DNA from: Sminthopsis crassicaudata
Lineage: Eukaryota
NCBI RefSeq assembly: GCF_048593235.1
Contig: NC_133621.1
Span: 70,857,148 to 70,921,147 of the forward strand
Length of the DNA stretch: 64,000 nt
Direction: 5' to 3'
Shown here: positions 26,768 to 39,819 of the stretch, in pieces
How the letters are laid out: each line of letters starts with the position of its first letter
Numbering within the stretch: position 1 is the first letter of the stretch
Program-made: the position numbers and the translations under genes
The notes under the pieces: generated by a model
Told to the model about the DNA's origin: nothing
The model's database searches: none
Seen by the model: the letters and a program-made list of their open reading frames with translations, nothing else

Positions 26768-27596
26768 AATATATATAAATGCAGAGTGCCTGATTCTTTG
26801 TGACGTTGGGGACCATTATATGCCAATACTATCGGTAAGTTTTCTTGACAAATATGCTGGAGTACTTTGTCATGTCCTTCTCCAATGAAGAAAGGTCATA
26901 TTTGCATATTACATGGCCATGATTTTTTTTCTTTATGGATTGAAGGAAGAGACAGATCATGTCCCAAAAAACTTAGCTAAATGATGTTGGTCTTTGGGTC
27001 TGGAGCTATAGTATCTTAGGTATTGGAAAATACTAATGTGAAATTTCCCTTTTCCACAGCAAGACCAGCAAGTCGTACTAATTTAAGAGTATGAGAGAAT
27101 TGCCTTGATACTCAAAAGTTAAATCATTTGCCCTTGGTCACAAAGCTAGTATATGTCACAGTCTGAACCTGAAACTTGGACTTCCTGACTTGAAGGCTAG
27201 CCCTTTATTTCCTATATTATGTTCCCTTTGAATTATAGCTTTCTAAATGAAGGATACTGTGAAAGACTTTTGCACTACTTTAATGCAGCCAATTGGAGTC
27301 TAAGCTTGTTAGCATGATCCTAGATCCAAGCTTAGAAATGGTTGAATTGAAAGGAGTGGCCATTTCTTCTTCATCTGTCATGCTTAAACTAAAGTCAGGG
27401 ATGTTTTACAAATGCATGGCTCATAAGTTAAGCAAATTTTACCAGTTCCTTTGGTGTTACACCATTACATCTTATGTATTCATCAGTTATTTTGGCTCTT
27501 TCTGTCAAAGTGTTCCCTGCCTCTCCCCACTTCCCTAGAAATCTTCACCTAGAAATAGGCTGTCTGGCTAGCCTGTATCAATAGGCTATTTTGCCA

Positions 27597-27971
27597 GTTT
27601 TTTTAAAATTTTTTTTATTAAAGCTTTTTATTTTCAAAACATATGGATGGATAATTTTTCAACATGGATCCTTACATAGCCTTGTGTTCTAAATTTTCCC
27701 CTTCTTTCCCCCATCCCCTTCTCTAGATGGCAAGCAATCCAATATATGTTATACATGTTAAAATATATGTTAAATCCAATATATGCAGACATTTATACAA
27801 TTATCTCGCTACAGAAAAATCAGATCAAAAAGGAAAGAAAATGAGTAGGGAAAACAAACTGCAAGCAAAAAATTAACAAAAAGAGTGAGAATGTTATGTT
27901 ATGATCTATACTTGGTTCCCACAGTTTCCTCTTTGGGTGTAGATGGATCTCTTCATCACAAGATCATTGGA
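27597..27971 (-). mobile_element. 5'-truncated L1 3'UTR with degenerate TSD
   Basis: T-rich tail, then attaaagctttttattttcaaaacatatg.... Flanked by gctattttgcca (27585) and gctatatttgcca (27972). Confidence 0.88.
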
Positions 27972-28559
27972 GCTATATTTGCCATTTTCATATTAATGTA
28001 TAGGGAATAGAATCTGTAACAAAGTGGGGTACAAAAACTTAAACTCCATGTCTTCTGGGATAATCTAACCTGACTCTTTTCTTCTTCTGGAAAATTAATT
28101 TTTGAAACTACAGAAGCACCTGAGCTGACTCCTAACATGAATTGGTATGATCCCACCCAAAAAGTATGGCATATTTTTCACTATTAGACCCCGGAGATGA
28201 AACAGTAATAGAAAATAGGTCTTTCAGATTTCTTCTTAAGCCTTCACATAAAAAAAAAAAATTACATAAATAGTATAAATGGTAATAAACCAGGGCAGGA
28301 TTTTGTGCTGAAGTAGCTCTGCTAAGAAGCAAAGGCCCCAGGGCATTGCTCCATAGCAGTGTCACTACCCTGCTAAGCAAACCTTTTTCTCCCCTGTTAT
28401 TTCAGTCCTTGAGGATCTTTCTTATATCCTAAATGCATCTCTAGGGCTTCCTCCCCATGTCATTAGCTATAATGAGGAAGAAATACATCTCCCTATAGAG
28501 GAAATGTATTGTGCTATAATGGTACCTAGGGCTGACTCCATTTGAAGGAAGACAAAGTC

Positions 28560-28960
28560 ACTTTATAAGCTAATGATTTGCAGCTATGTTGCACCCAGAT
28601 CAGACCAGAGGCAAGTTCTGCCATACAAGCCAGCACTTTCCCTTGCTCTATTGCATTTCTAGGCTGGGCATTAATTGTTTTGCCCCAAGTGCCCTGTCAG
28701 CTTGTCCCCTCTAGCATTCAGTCTAGACCCAATATCTGTCTGGCCTTCTGGCATCTCATGGCATTTTCAATTGAAAGTGATAGATACCACACTCCTTCCT
28801 GGCTTTCTGATCACACTTCTGCCTTCTCTGTTTCACTCAGTGACATTTTCATCTTTGCTATTTTCTCTCTTTTCCTCTTCCAAAAGAATGTCAGGTCTTT
28901 GTGGGCAGAGACCCTTTCATTTACGTTTTTATATTCCAAACATCTACATGTTTTAGGCAC
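28560..28960 (+). mobile_element. Degenerate L2 fragment
   Basis: Pyrimidine-rich L2 3' region ending cttcctcttcc...aagaatgtcaggtctttgtgggcagagaccc...ttccaaacatctacatgttttaggcac. Boundaries approximate. Confidence 0.5.
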
Positions 28961-29687
28961 CTAATAACTTCCTGCCAATTGTATTTTTGGTGGACTTTGC
29001 TAAAGGTTGTGATTTCATTTGTTTTGAACTCAACTTGTGTGTGTGTGTTGCCCTATATTCTGTTCTATACTGGGCTCTACACACACTAGGCAAACATTAA
29101 AAGCTCACTAACATCCTGAATAAGGAGGGGATTAATTTTACCGGACTTTGTTGCATATATTACATAAATCTTCCTCAGCTTAGTATTGAATTTTTCCTTA
29201 TCTTTTTCTATATCAAAGCTATACCTTTTCTCACTTTTAAAAAATCATAACCCTTTTTGTGTATATTCAAAAGATGAATGGAAGCTTGTAATTTGTAAAC
29301 TTATTTGTAAAAGACTTATAAAAACAAAAATCATCAGTAAATTGTATCTCCTTTCCACCTGGCAAATGACAGAGAAACAATGACAGAAAAACAAATTACA
29401 AGGTTATTTATTCTCTGCCCATACACACAAGTGTTATATTCTCCTGGGATATATGCACGAACATTTATGAACAGAGAACATGCAAGGGGAAATAATACAT
29501 AGACAAGACATGTGTGTAACACACCTATAATGCTACAAAATCTCCAACACCTTTAACTGTGTTTCATTTCAATTCATATTCTTAAACTTTCATTTTTGCC
29601 TCCCTTTTCCTTTATAACTATATTAAATTAATATTATGGTATTGTATTGGTAACTAATTTTTAATTTGTGATCTACTGCTTTCCTCC

Positions 29688-30560
29688 TGTTAAGATCCAT
29701 TTCCTGAAAAAGTCCTTCAGTCTCTGAAGGGGTATGGCTAAAAAAAACAATTGTTCCTAACTCCCAAGTGCTCTTTAGCTGGATTGGAAATTACTCCACT
29801 CAACTGGGAAACCTAAAGTTCTGTTTTAAGTATAAACAATGTCCTGTCTACTTGAGTCTTTCCCTAGAATAGGAACCCTCTGTCCTTGATCCACTCCATT
29901 AGAGTTTAGGGCAACCAGCTCTTGAAAGAGTAAATTAGCCACAAAGGTCCAGATGCCTAAGGCTACTGAAGCTCAATCAAGTCATGTTCTCAGCTGGAGG
30001 AGCGGAAGACTTTTAGCTCACCTCCTCATTAAGTGTCCACCAATCAGAGTTGAGATTCCCTTGTCTGGGGAGTTCCTTGTTAGAGAGTACACATCTGATC
30101 TAAGGAGTTTTTGAGTCTCCTTTGGGATCTCTGGTTACTGAAAGAAACCACTGGACCACTGCTCTTTATTAGCTTATTAATTACCTAAAAACTGTCAGGG
30201 ATTTTCATTTATGACAATAAGTTACATTTCTGTGGTACTTAATTCATCTATGCCTCCTCTCAGATATTCTCTATTTTTCAGGAGAGAAATCCTAGATAAT
30301 AAAGATCCTTTCCTAAGACCACATAAATAGTTAATGAAAGAGCCAAGACTAGTTCTCAGGTCTCTTTCTATTACCCATGTTTCTCTTTTTTTCTGTGGCT
30401 ATACTGTAATCACATCTGACTTAAATCCCTGTATGGGTATAGTTCTTGGTTATGAGATGTCTAGGGTATTTTACAAGGATGTTGTTATCTTGTTATCTTT
30501 GGGGGGACCTCTGTTATAAAATGGTAACTCATTCTTGGATGTACTTAACAACATAGCATG
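29688..30560 (+). mobile_element. Candidate solo ERV LTR (boundaries uncertain)
   Basis: Starts TG (tgttaagatc); CCAAT box (ccaccaatcag, about 30037-30047); AATAAA near 30298. Composition differs from the flanks. No convincing TSD pair. Confidence 0.45.
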
Positions 30561-30925
30561 TTATCGCATGTAAAGCTCATATAATACAGAGAACAAGAAT
30601 GACAGAATTTTGTAGTGAGAAGATACTTTAGTGGTCATTTGGTCCAAGCCATACCTGAGAAAGAACCCCTGCTACAACATATAAAACAAGTATTCATCCA
30701 TCTTCTCTGCTTGGAAATGTACCTGCTGAGGAGAACCTCCTTACCTGTGCTTTTGGATAACTAATTGCTAGGAAAGTGTTCCTTCTATTAAACCTAAATG
30801 TGTCCTCCTGCTGCTCCTAGTTCTTTTTATAGTGGTGGGCTAGGGAGAGGAAAGCTTTTCCTGGAAATTTCAAATACTAACATGTAGCTATGTCTCTCCC
30901 ATGAGCTTTTTTTTTTTTTGTAGAG

Positions 30926-31121
30926 CTCAGCTTTTTAAAACTGTGGTCGTGACCCCCTTTTGGGGTCTCACAAACTGAATGTGGGAATTGGGAAATTATG
31001 ATTTATTATCAGTAAATGTTTGAGTTGTATACCTATTTTATACACCTATAAAGCCCCAGGGTCATGTAAAAATTTCTTGGGCAAAAGGGGTCACAAGTGG
31101 AAAAAGTTTTAAGAAGTGCTG
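30926..31121 (-). mobile_element. hAT-family MITE, about 195 bp
   Basis: Imperfect inverted termini (ctcagctttttaaaactgtggtcgtgacccc ... ggggtcacaagtggaaaaagttttaagaagtgctg) and repeated gacccc subterminal motifs. 8-bp flanks ttgtagag / ctttagac match 5/8 and resemble the nTCTAGAn preference. Confidence 0.75.
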
Positions 31122-31129
31122 CTTTAGAC

Positions 31130-31679
31130 TAAACAGCCCTGATTCCTTCAGCTAATATTCCATATGTTAGAGGCACACAACTTTGAACAATCCTGTTTGC
31201 CTTTCTCTGAATACTCTGACTTAGCGTCATTTAGCATTTCTAAAAGTGTCATTCCCCCAAATTGAAAATGGTCTTCCAAATGTTTCCTGACCCAGGTAAG
31301 AGTGCAGAAGGACTATCACTTCTTGGCTTTGGAAACTGGGCCTCTTTCAGTCAATTCCAGTGTTTTCTTGGCTGCCTCAATATACTGCTGATCCAAATAG
31401 AATCCCCTGAAAAGTCTCATAACTGCTTCACACAAACTGTTGTCTAATCCTTCCTTCCACTTTTTGTAATTGGGAAGTTGACTTTTTAAAACTCAGGTAT
31501 TAATACCTGATTTTTATCCATAAAGAATTTTGTTTTATTTGTTTTAAGAGTCAGCTTATTGGTCTAGCCTGTCAAAATTTTTTTGGATCTTGACTCCATC
31601 CTCTCTTGTATTAAATGGTACCTTCCAATTTTGTGTCATCTGCTAATGTGATAAGCATGTTTGCCTTTATTAAGTAATT

Positions 31680-31739
<60 letters not shown>

Positions 31740-32090
31740 TCAACAGCACAGGGGCCCTTTATCGGTCTCCAGCCCATTCCACTACAGATTTTGCCAAGTT
31801 GACGTTGGCTCATAAATGGCTGTTTCTGATGTCATCTAATTGTATCCTCCATCTAGGCTCCATCTCTCTGTAAAATAAAGATACTTTAATAAATGTTTTA
31901 TCAAAACCTAGGTACAACATCTGTTTCCTTAACTTGATCTACAGTTTAATAACCCTATTCCACCCTTCAAAAAAAAGTCTGGTTAGTCTAACATGACCTG
32001 TTTTTGATAAAGCCAGTGCTGGTTCTTTGTCATCACTGTTTCCTTTTTGAGAAATTCACTAGTTCTCCTTAATGAGCAAGTTTGGAATTT
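31130..32090 (-). mobile_element. L3/CR1 RT fragment interrupted by an (AT)n microsatellite
   Basis: gtcatctgctaatgtgataagcatg...aataaatgttttatcaaaacctagg...ggttagtctaacatgacctgtttttgataaagcc is antisense CR1 RT. Confidence 0.8.
31685..31736. repeat. (AT)n microsatellite, about 26 units
   Basis: Directly visible. Confidence 0.97.
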
Positions 32091-34992
32091 TACCAACTCA
32101 AGGGCCTGTGGTTATCTATATGCTTTACTGTGCATGGGTTCTGGAGATTTTGGAGTTAAGAATTTGAGCTCCAAATTCCAGTTTTACTTCTTTGACCCAC
32201 TCTGGAATTTTGAGGTAAATTAGTTAATAATCTTCTTGTTAGTTTCCTTATTTCTAAGCTGAGATCTTTGGATTAGCTGATTTTTAAATTTTGATTCAAC
32301 TTAAGGATTCTTAGTCTTAATGTTAATATTCAAATACATAAATAATAATTATCATACTGATTATTATTAACATTACATAATATTTACAGTAACGTCTACC
32401 AAATTCTTTATGTCTAAACTGAAAACTTCCAACTAGTTTCCTAGATTTGATTCAATTCATGGTTTCAAAGTTTTAATATTAATATGCAAACATAAAGACA
32501 TAATTACCATAACAATTATATAATGACATAATATTTAAGTTATATGAAAACTTATTTTTATTATGTTACATGTGATATAAAATAATACATAATATATTAC
32601 TTATTATGTCCTATGATGTGCTTTATAATATAATATTTATTATTAAAAGCATAAGTAATCTGTGATCTTGTTATAAATAATTCTGTCTACAATTAAGATA
32701 TTATTCATGTAATTATAATCAATCAGGTATTTATCACATTCCTAAACAGTGTTTGGCACTGTGCTAGAACAAAAATGAATACAGAAGGAACTTAGATTTT
32801 CATTTTGGGAAACTATATACAAATGTATATAATAGATATGAATATATATGTATATATATACATACATATGGTCATTTTGAAAGGGAAGGCACTATGTGCA
32901 AATTTATTATCAAGTAATGATGGAGGATACATTTAAATGACATCAACTATCTGAATAGTCTCAAAAAATAGTCATAAATTAGCCAATGTCAACTTGACAA
33001 GGTCTGTAGTGGAGTGGGCTGGAGACCGATAAAGGACCCTGTACTACTGACTATTCTTTGCCAAGGATGATTATTCTCATCTTTTTATTTTTTGTGAATT
33101 TCTCAGCTTCAGTAGAGTAGAGGAAAAAAAATCTCAGGTTCCCCTAGATAATGAATGGTTCAGAGGAAGCTATTGAAAAAAGACAAAGAGAGTGCTTGGT
33201 GGGAGAAGGACAGGAAATGCAGAGGGAATATTGCCAGAGTTGCACATGGGACAGAAATATGTGTCACTTAACTACAGCACAGGCACTGGGTAGGGAGGAG
33301 AGGAGGAATAAAGCATCCTGTTAAACTGGAGAGAGAGGGCATTTCATGGCTGGGGGTAAGGAGCTTAGTTTTAACAGAATGGGTCATAAAATATGTTGTC
33401 AGACAGTAAGCACTGTGGAATGGAGGAGTCAAAGCAACTGCAAGTGAATGCATGAATTGGATTGGTCTTTGCTATAGATCCTAATTCCATTTTTATTTTG
33501 GTGTTTTTATCCAGTTTTTAAAAATTAACTGTTTTAGTCTCTCAATCACATATGCCGAGAGCAGAAGATCATTGGGTTCTAAAAAGATTTCTAAAAAGAA
33601 TGAGTAATGCTTTCTCTAGGAGGAAGATGCACTTGCCCTCTGCAGTAATATGAAGCTTGGTTTAGAGCTGGCCAGCCCCTTTGGACATTGGGTTCTTTTG
33701 TTTTCTCTGGCCCCAGAAACCCATCTCTCCTGATGTGGGGAAGGGGACCTGCAGGGCAGAGGCACTGTTAAACGGCACTTGAGTGGTGCTGCAGGGAGAG
33801 AGCTGCCTCTGACCACTGCTGCTGATGCCCCCCCAAAGGGACCAAACCTTCTTGAGCCACGTTCCCTCATTCGTTGATGTCACTGAAGGTTCTTTCTAGT
33901 TTTTTGGTCTGTGATTTTAGGGTTACATTTATAATGAAATTGTCTTATGTCCATTAGAAACCTGATAATTCAAACTCCTCCTGGATTTTATGAGATTTTT
34001 AAACATAATTAATACTTAGGGCCTTATGTTGTTTTGACAGATTATTCATTGAGTTATTTAAAATATAGGCCTAAGGTAAATTTAAACTTTTAAAATCATT
34101 TTTCATTTTACTACATAGTGTTGGTATCTCAGTTTATAAAACAGGTTTCATTTGAAGGGAATCAAGTTATGTTGTTGAAGGTGATTCTACAACTGGAGCT
34201 TATCACAAATTTGGGCGGATCTTGTCTCCACATCTGCTTTCTCCTTATGAATTATAGTTTGGCACATGGTAGATATGAGCAGGCTTACAACAGATTAAAA
34301 TAAGAAATTATGCAACAGAAATGATGTAATTGCTGCTATCCAAGAATCATATAGCCAGGAAAAATAAAAGGCTGGTCACACAGCTAGATCTAGCCATAGA
34401 TTAATGGATGGATAATCCATACAGTCCATTGCCTATACTTGGAAATTGAGGAAGACAAAATAGTTAGGCCTTATGTGGTGAATTTATCAAAGATTAGGCA
34501 GATGTGATTGATTGTAGTCTGAATTACTGGAAATAATTTCCATATTGATGAGACAATAGATTAGTTAAAATACTGTGTTTTTAGAGTATAGATATCAAAA
34601 AATATATGTGATTTAATTTTATTTTTCTTTGTATATTTTTAGTCTTTTAAACTTATGGCAAGTTATATTTGTTATTCTTAGGGAAATCCATCTGTGCTGC
34701 TTATGGTACTTAGTCATGTTAAGATTATGTCTTTCATGTTCTCTTCCAATCTCACTCTGGGACATATATAGAAAAAATATTCTGAAACTATAGCCAGCAT
34801 ACTTAGCTCAGTTGCTTGGCAAGCAAAATGTTATATTTATTAAATTGGTAATTATGATGTTGTAAGATGCACATATACAAAAAGATGTGTTATGTTTACA
34901 TATACATATAAAAATTCCCATTTATTTAGGATGTTTCAATAAATAAATATTTTGGTAAAACAAAAATGAAATAATCTGGTTAACTGAGATTT

Positions 34993-35028
<36 letters not shown>

Positions 35029-38000
35029 ATGTAGATATATGTACAACAAAATACATTTTATTGTAAATATGTATACGTTTGTATATTGATGTGTTATATA
35101 CCCATGAGTTCATTCATATATATGTGTGCATTCAAATTCATACAATACTTATTTAGATATGCACACACACCAGTCATGTATTATACATTTACAGGGGATA
35201 AAGACTTAACTTAAAAAATATCCTGAGGGTGATATAATATTTTTTACTGATTTCACAGTCAGGCAGTGCCTTGGGGTCATCTCTTTAAATAAGTTTACCA
35301 TTGGACCAGATCATAAATCTGAGTGGTATAGGAAATCTAAATTATGATGACTGTGAGTCACTCTGTGAAGTGTGTGTATGTTTGTGTGTCTTAAAAAGAG
35401 TTCTTAGTAATTGGTTTATTTGCTTGTTATTTTTATCTATTTCATTAAAGCAGAATGTGGAAGAATTTGTTTCTCTACATCTTCCCTTCCTCAATCAAGA
35501 TTTCTAGTTGCTGGAAGTTTTCATTTCCTTGGATTTCAAATAAATGGTTTTTATTGTGTGAATCATGATATTGAAGAAATTGGCAAAAACTCTTAAATTC
35601 TGCTTAATGTAACAAATTGCATTATAATTTATGATTAAGAAACTTCTAATGTGAAATAATTTGAAAGCTTCTCTATTTAAGTCACCTATTCCCTTGACAT
35701 TAGTACTTTGTGAATCAGAATTAGAACTGGAAAATCCATACTAATAGCATGGAAGAACTCAAACAGCTGGGCAGCTTTCCTACATGGAGTCTTGGGTATT
35801 TTTTTTTTTTTTTTTTTTGGTGTGTGTGTGGGGGGTTTTGGCTCTTTGTGCAGTCCTATCTGCTCTATGACATTCCTGTTATTTAGCTCTATAACCTGTG
35901 GAGAGGGGAAAAAATTAGGCTGATGAATGGAAAGGGCAAGAAGTCAGAAAGGCAGTCACCCTTTTGTCCACACTTTCACCTTGAGGGGAATGTTGTCTAA
36001 GAAGAAACAGAAATCTTTTATTGTCAATTTTGCTCCATTGTTGACAGAATTGCAAAAATAATTCCCTCTTTAAAAATAATCAAGCACAGTTGAACAATTT
36101 TTGAATGTTTAAAACATAGAAATATGTACCTTTCTATACCAATATGTATATAAATTGATTATTAGTATTTTAATATACAATATATAGAATATATAGTATG
36201 TTCTTTATATTGCTTAAAGTAAAATTTACCTTTCTTAGTTTTCATCAGGATATTTGGTGACTGACTTTACAAACTACCACCCTAACCACTACCATTTGAA
36301 GCTTCAAAGGAATTTTTACCAATTTTAGTCTCTAAAATGCCTTAGCCACTTATAACGTGAGAGAACCATTTGTACATATTTAGATTTTCCTAATGAGACT
36401 GTTAGAGTTTAATTCTGTCAACCTGGAAATGTCACATAAAAGTTGACATTTAAGTTGTAACTTGGACTTGCTCTGTTCTCCTTCTGTTCTTTCCTTAAAC
36501 AGCCACAGAAAAGTGGAAGCTTACGTAGTAGTCATGGGCCCAAGTATAAATAATGCCTTTTAGATTTCCTGATTTGTTATTGGATTGTGGCTAATTGTGT
36601 GATGTAGAGGACAGAAGTCCTGATTTCAGGAAGACCAAGGATTCTGCTTGGATTTCAGATACATGGAGTTTGATGTATGAAACACATGTTCATGATATTA
36701 AGCAAATTACTCAAAACCCTAATGTGAACAAGTTTTATTAAACATGATTTGCTTTATGATTAACGATTAAGAGGATACTTAACCTTTTGACTTCTGTTTC
36801 CTTTGATAATATGAAAATAATAATACCTATTTCGTAAAGCCATTGTGAGATTCAAGTTAGATAATGGATGTAATGTGCTTTGTGAGATTTAGAACATTTT
36901 TAAAAATCATTATGATAACCAGTGTTTCAGACTTAGTAATGTTTTGGTAATATAGCAATACAGCTTCCTTAATGACAACATATATAAAATAATTATTTTG
37001 CAGACTCATGGTTCCGTCAATTATCCCAGTGAGGGGGGGTAAATTTTAAGAGAAGAATGTGCTTTTTCTTCAATTGTCAAAGGCTTTAAATGTTTGTAAA
37101 TTTTATAATTTTTAATACAGGAAACCTTATTTTATTAGTTTTAGGGTAATGAAGGAAGCAACTGGTTATATATAGGCCTTAAAAGTCCCTTTAAAGTCCA
37201 CCAAACAAGATTGTGTATAGTAGTTTGGGATATGAAGAAGTCCGTCACTGATTTCAAACTTCCTTTGGAATAATTTCATTTTCTAGGGAACAAATTTTTG
37301 CTGACAATATAAACACAAGAATCAATTGGAAATTTGGAAATTCACTATCTAGAGAATCTAATCTTTTTTATTTAAAGATCCATTTTAGAATCAGAATTAC
37401 ACAACTACTGACTTGATCATAATGTATAGGCAGAATAACAAAAATCCACTTAGTTTTAATTTAGATGTCCCTTATTTGTAAGTTATATTATTTTCCCTTT
37501 ACCGGTCCTTATCATATGTAACTTTCTCAGTTTTAATTTCACCAGTGAAATCAATACTTCTTAAAAATGTGAAATACCATATTGATCCTCAAAATATATA
37601 TTGATTAAAACTAAGATGTAACCTATAATTATCCTCCTAGTAAAAGGAATGACATCAGAATTGGTAAAGACCAAAAGAAGAGGAGTGATGTAAATAAGTA
37701 TAATGGTTATGTGAATGGAAAGAGGTCCTGAGCCTTCCTTTCCTGGCCTAACTTTAGGGGTGGGAATCATTTATAGGAAATGTGGATTTAGCTGAATGTT
37801 TATCATCAAATGCTCTAAGAATCTAAGTTTGTAATATAAAACAAAGCTGAAATTATTGCTTCTTCTAACAATATAGATCTTTCATATTCCCCAAGGCATG
37901 GTTTTTTTTTCCCCTTCCCCTCAGGTTCATGACACACTCAACTGCATTCCTTTTTTCTCCATCCCAAATGTCCTCCAGCCATTCATTATAATATGTTGCA

Positions 38001-38400
38001 TGGATGGGGTGAGATACCACTTCTGTGTTAAGTTAGAAAGTTAGTCATGAGCCCTTACTTTCCCCTAACCTCCTAGATACATCAGCTACTCCCTCTTTTC
38101 TATATTCCTGGAGGAGAGGTTTTCCTTTAAAAAAGGAAGGGAAGTGGCCACAGGCCCACCTCCTAATGCCAGCTAGATTATTGACTCATTTATCTAGAAT
38201 ATCTGGTTATGAATTTTTCACTTCATTCTGGGAAATTATCAGTAATTACATTTCTACACTTCAAAACCCCAGCCAAAGAGAATATGCTCTGCTGAAATAA
38301 TGTAGATTTGTCTGTTCTTTCTTCCACAGGGTTCTCAACTCTATTTGAGCAAGGATGAATACAGTTTAGCAATTCATTGGTTGTGACTGGATTTATCATA

Positions 38401-38527
38401 CTTTTTTTTTTTTTTTTTGCCCAGGGTCACACAGCTAGGAAGTGTTAAGTGTCTGAGGCCGAATTTGAACTCAGATCCTCCTGACTTCAGGGCTGGGGCT
38501 CTATCCACTGGGATACCTAGCTGCCCT
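38401..38527 (-). mobile_element. Young marsupial CORE-SINE (WSINE1/SINE1-type) with poly(A) tail
   Basis: T18, then gcccagggtcacacagctaggaagtgttaagtgtctgaggccgaatttgaactcagatcctcctgacttcagggctggggctctatccactgggatacctagctgccc. Confidence 0.92.
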
Positions 38528-39658
38528 GACAAATTCTTAAGAAATGGAGATTCAAAGGCCTGATACTCCTCTGAGAGGGGCAGAGAGGCAAAGGGACAGG
38601 AGAAACTGCAGGAATCATTGGACTTCAGACCTGGGGATGGCTATCTTGGTGACCCAGCATCCCCCATAAGTTTTCATTCCTCAGTGCTCTGGATCCCACG
38701 ACTGGTGCATTTCTCCCCCAGTCACACTAGTCGTCTTCCTTGTGCTGGAATGGTACCTGCATGTTTGTCCTCCTCCCGGCCCTTTGGCTGTTCTTCTACC
38801 ACTTGGGATGGGAGAGGGTCAGTTGGAGGGTGGGCTCCCTGGATGTTTAGAGGTGGAATTGCAGGGTCATTTCTGCCCCAATCATGAGGGATCCATATCT
38901 TCTTAGCACTAACAAGACTTGACATATTTTGCACACAGCTAGTCTAAATTTTGGAGAGTAAATTCTTCTGTTGTCTTACTTAATCTGGTCCTGTGGCTTC
39001 ATAGGAAACGATTCCCTCTTTGTGTGATGTCTGTTGGCTCTGATCAGAGTCTCTGGCTTGAGAATTCTTTTTATCTTTACCTATATTTCTTAATAAAAAT
39101 AATTAGACCCTCATAAAAACAAACTGTAGTAGGTAATGAGATTGTTTTGTATATACTATGGAGGTTTATTGCTTTGATGTGGGCCAGCTATTCTCCAAAC
39201 CTGCCTGACTCTCCCTGACTCATCTACCACTTTTTGCCAATTCTGCTCTTCCCTCCTCATTTCTTGATTTCCACCAATTACAGATCTGTTTCTTTAACTA
39301 TTTGGTGCCATTACAATCAATTTTAAAATATATTTTGTGCATATTTATTTCTCAGTGTAGACTCACATTTTTATGGTGTTTACAACTATATAAGAGGGAT
39401 TTAGATCATTTAGTCTGACCTCATTAGTTCAGGAACCTAAGACCTACAGAGATTATACTGATTTCCCCCACAATCATACAAGTAGTAACATCACCAGTAT
39501 TTAATCCCAGGTCCTTTCATTCCTTAAAAAGAAATTCACTTAGGAGTTTGGCTTTCAATGGATAGCAGCTGATACTTGGTCCAACTGAATTTATACGAGG
39601 CCTGAGCATTTTATTCATTTTGTCTGCTTTTTAATGTATCAGCTTATAACACATTTTA

Positions 39659-39819
39659 TTTTATTTTATTACAGCTTTTTATTTACAAGATATATGCAGG
39701 GTAATTTTTCAGCATTGACAATTACAAAACCTTTTGTTTGAATTTTTCCCCTCCTTCCCCCCACCCCTTCCCCCAGATGGCAGGTTGAACAATACATGTT
39801 AAATATGTTAAAGTATAAG
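39659..39819 (-). mobile_element. 161-bp L1 3'-terminal insertion with perfect 15-bp TSD
   Basis: TSD ttataacacatttta at 39644-39658 and 39820-39834. Interior is the dasyurid-like L1 tail (tttttatttacaagatatatgc...ccccagatggcaggttga). Confidence 0.93.
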
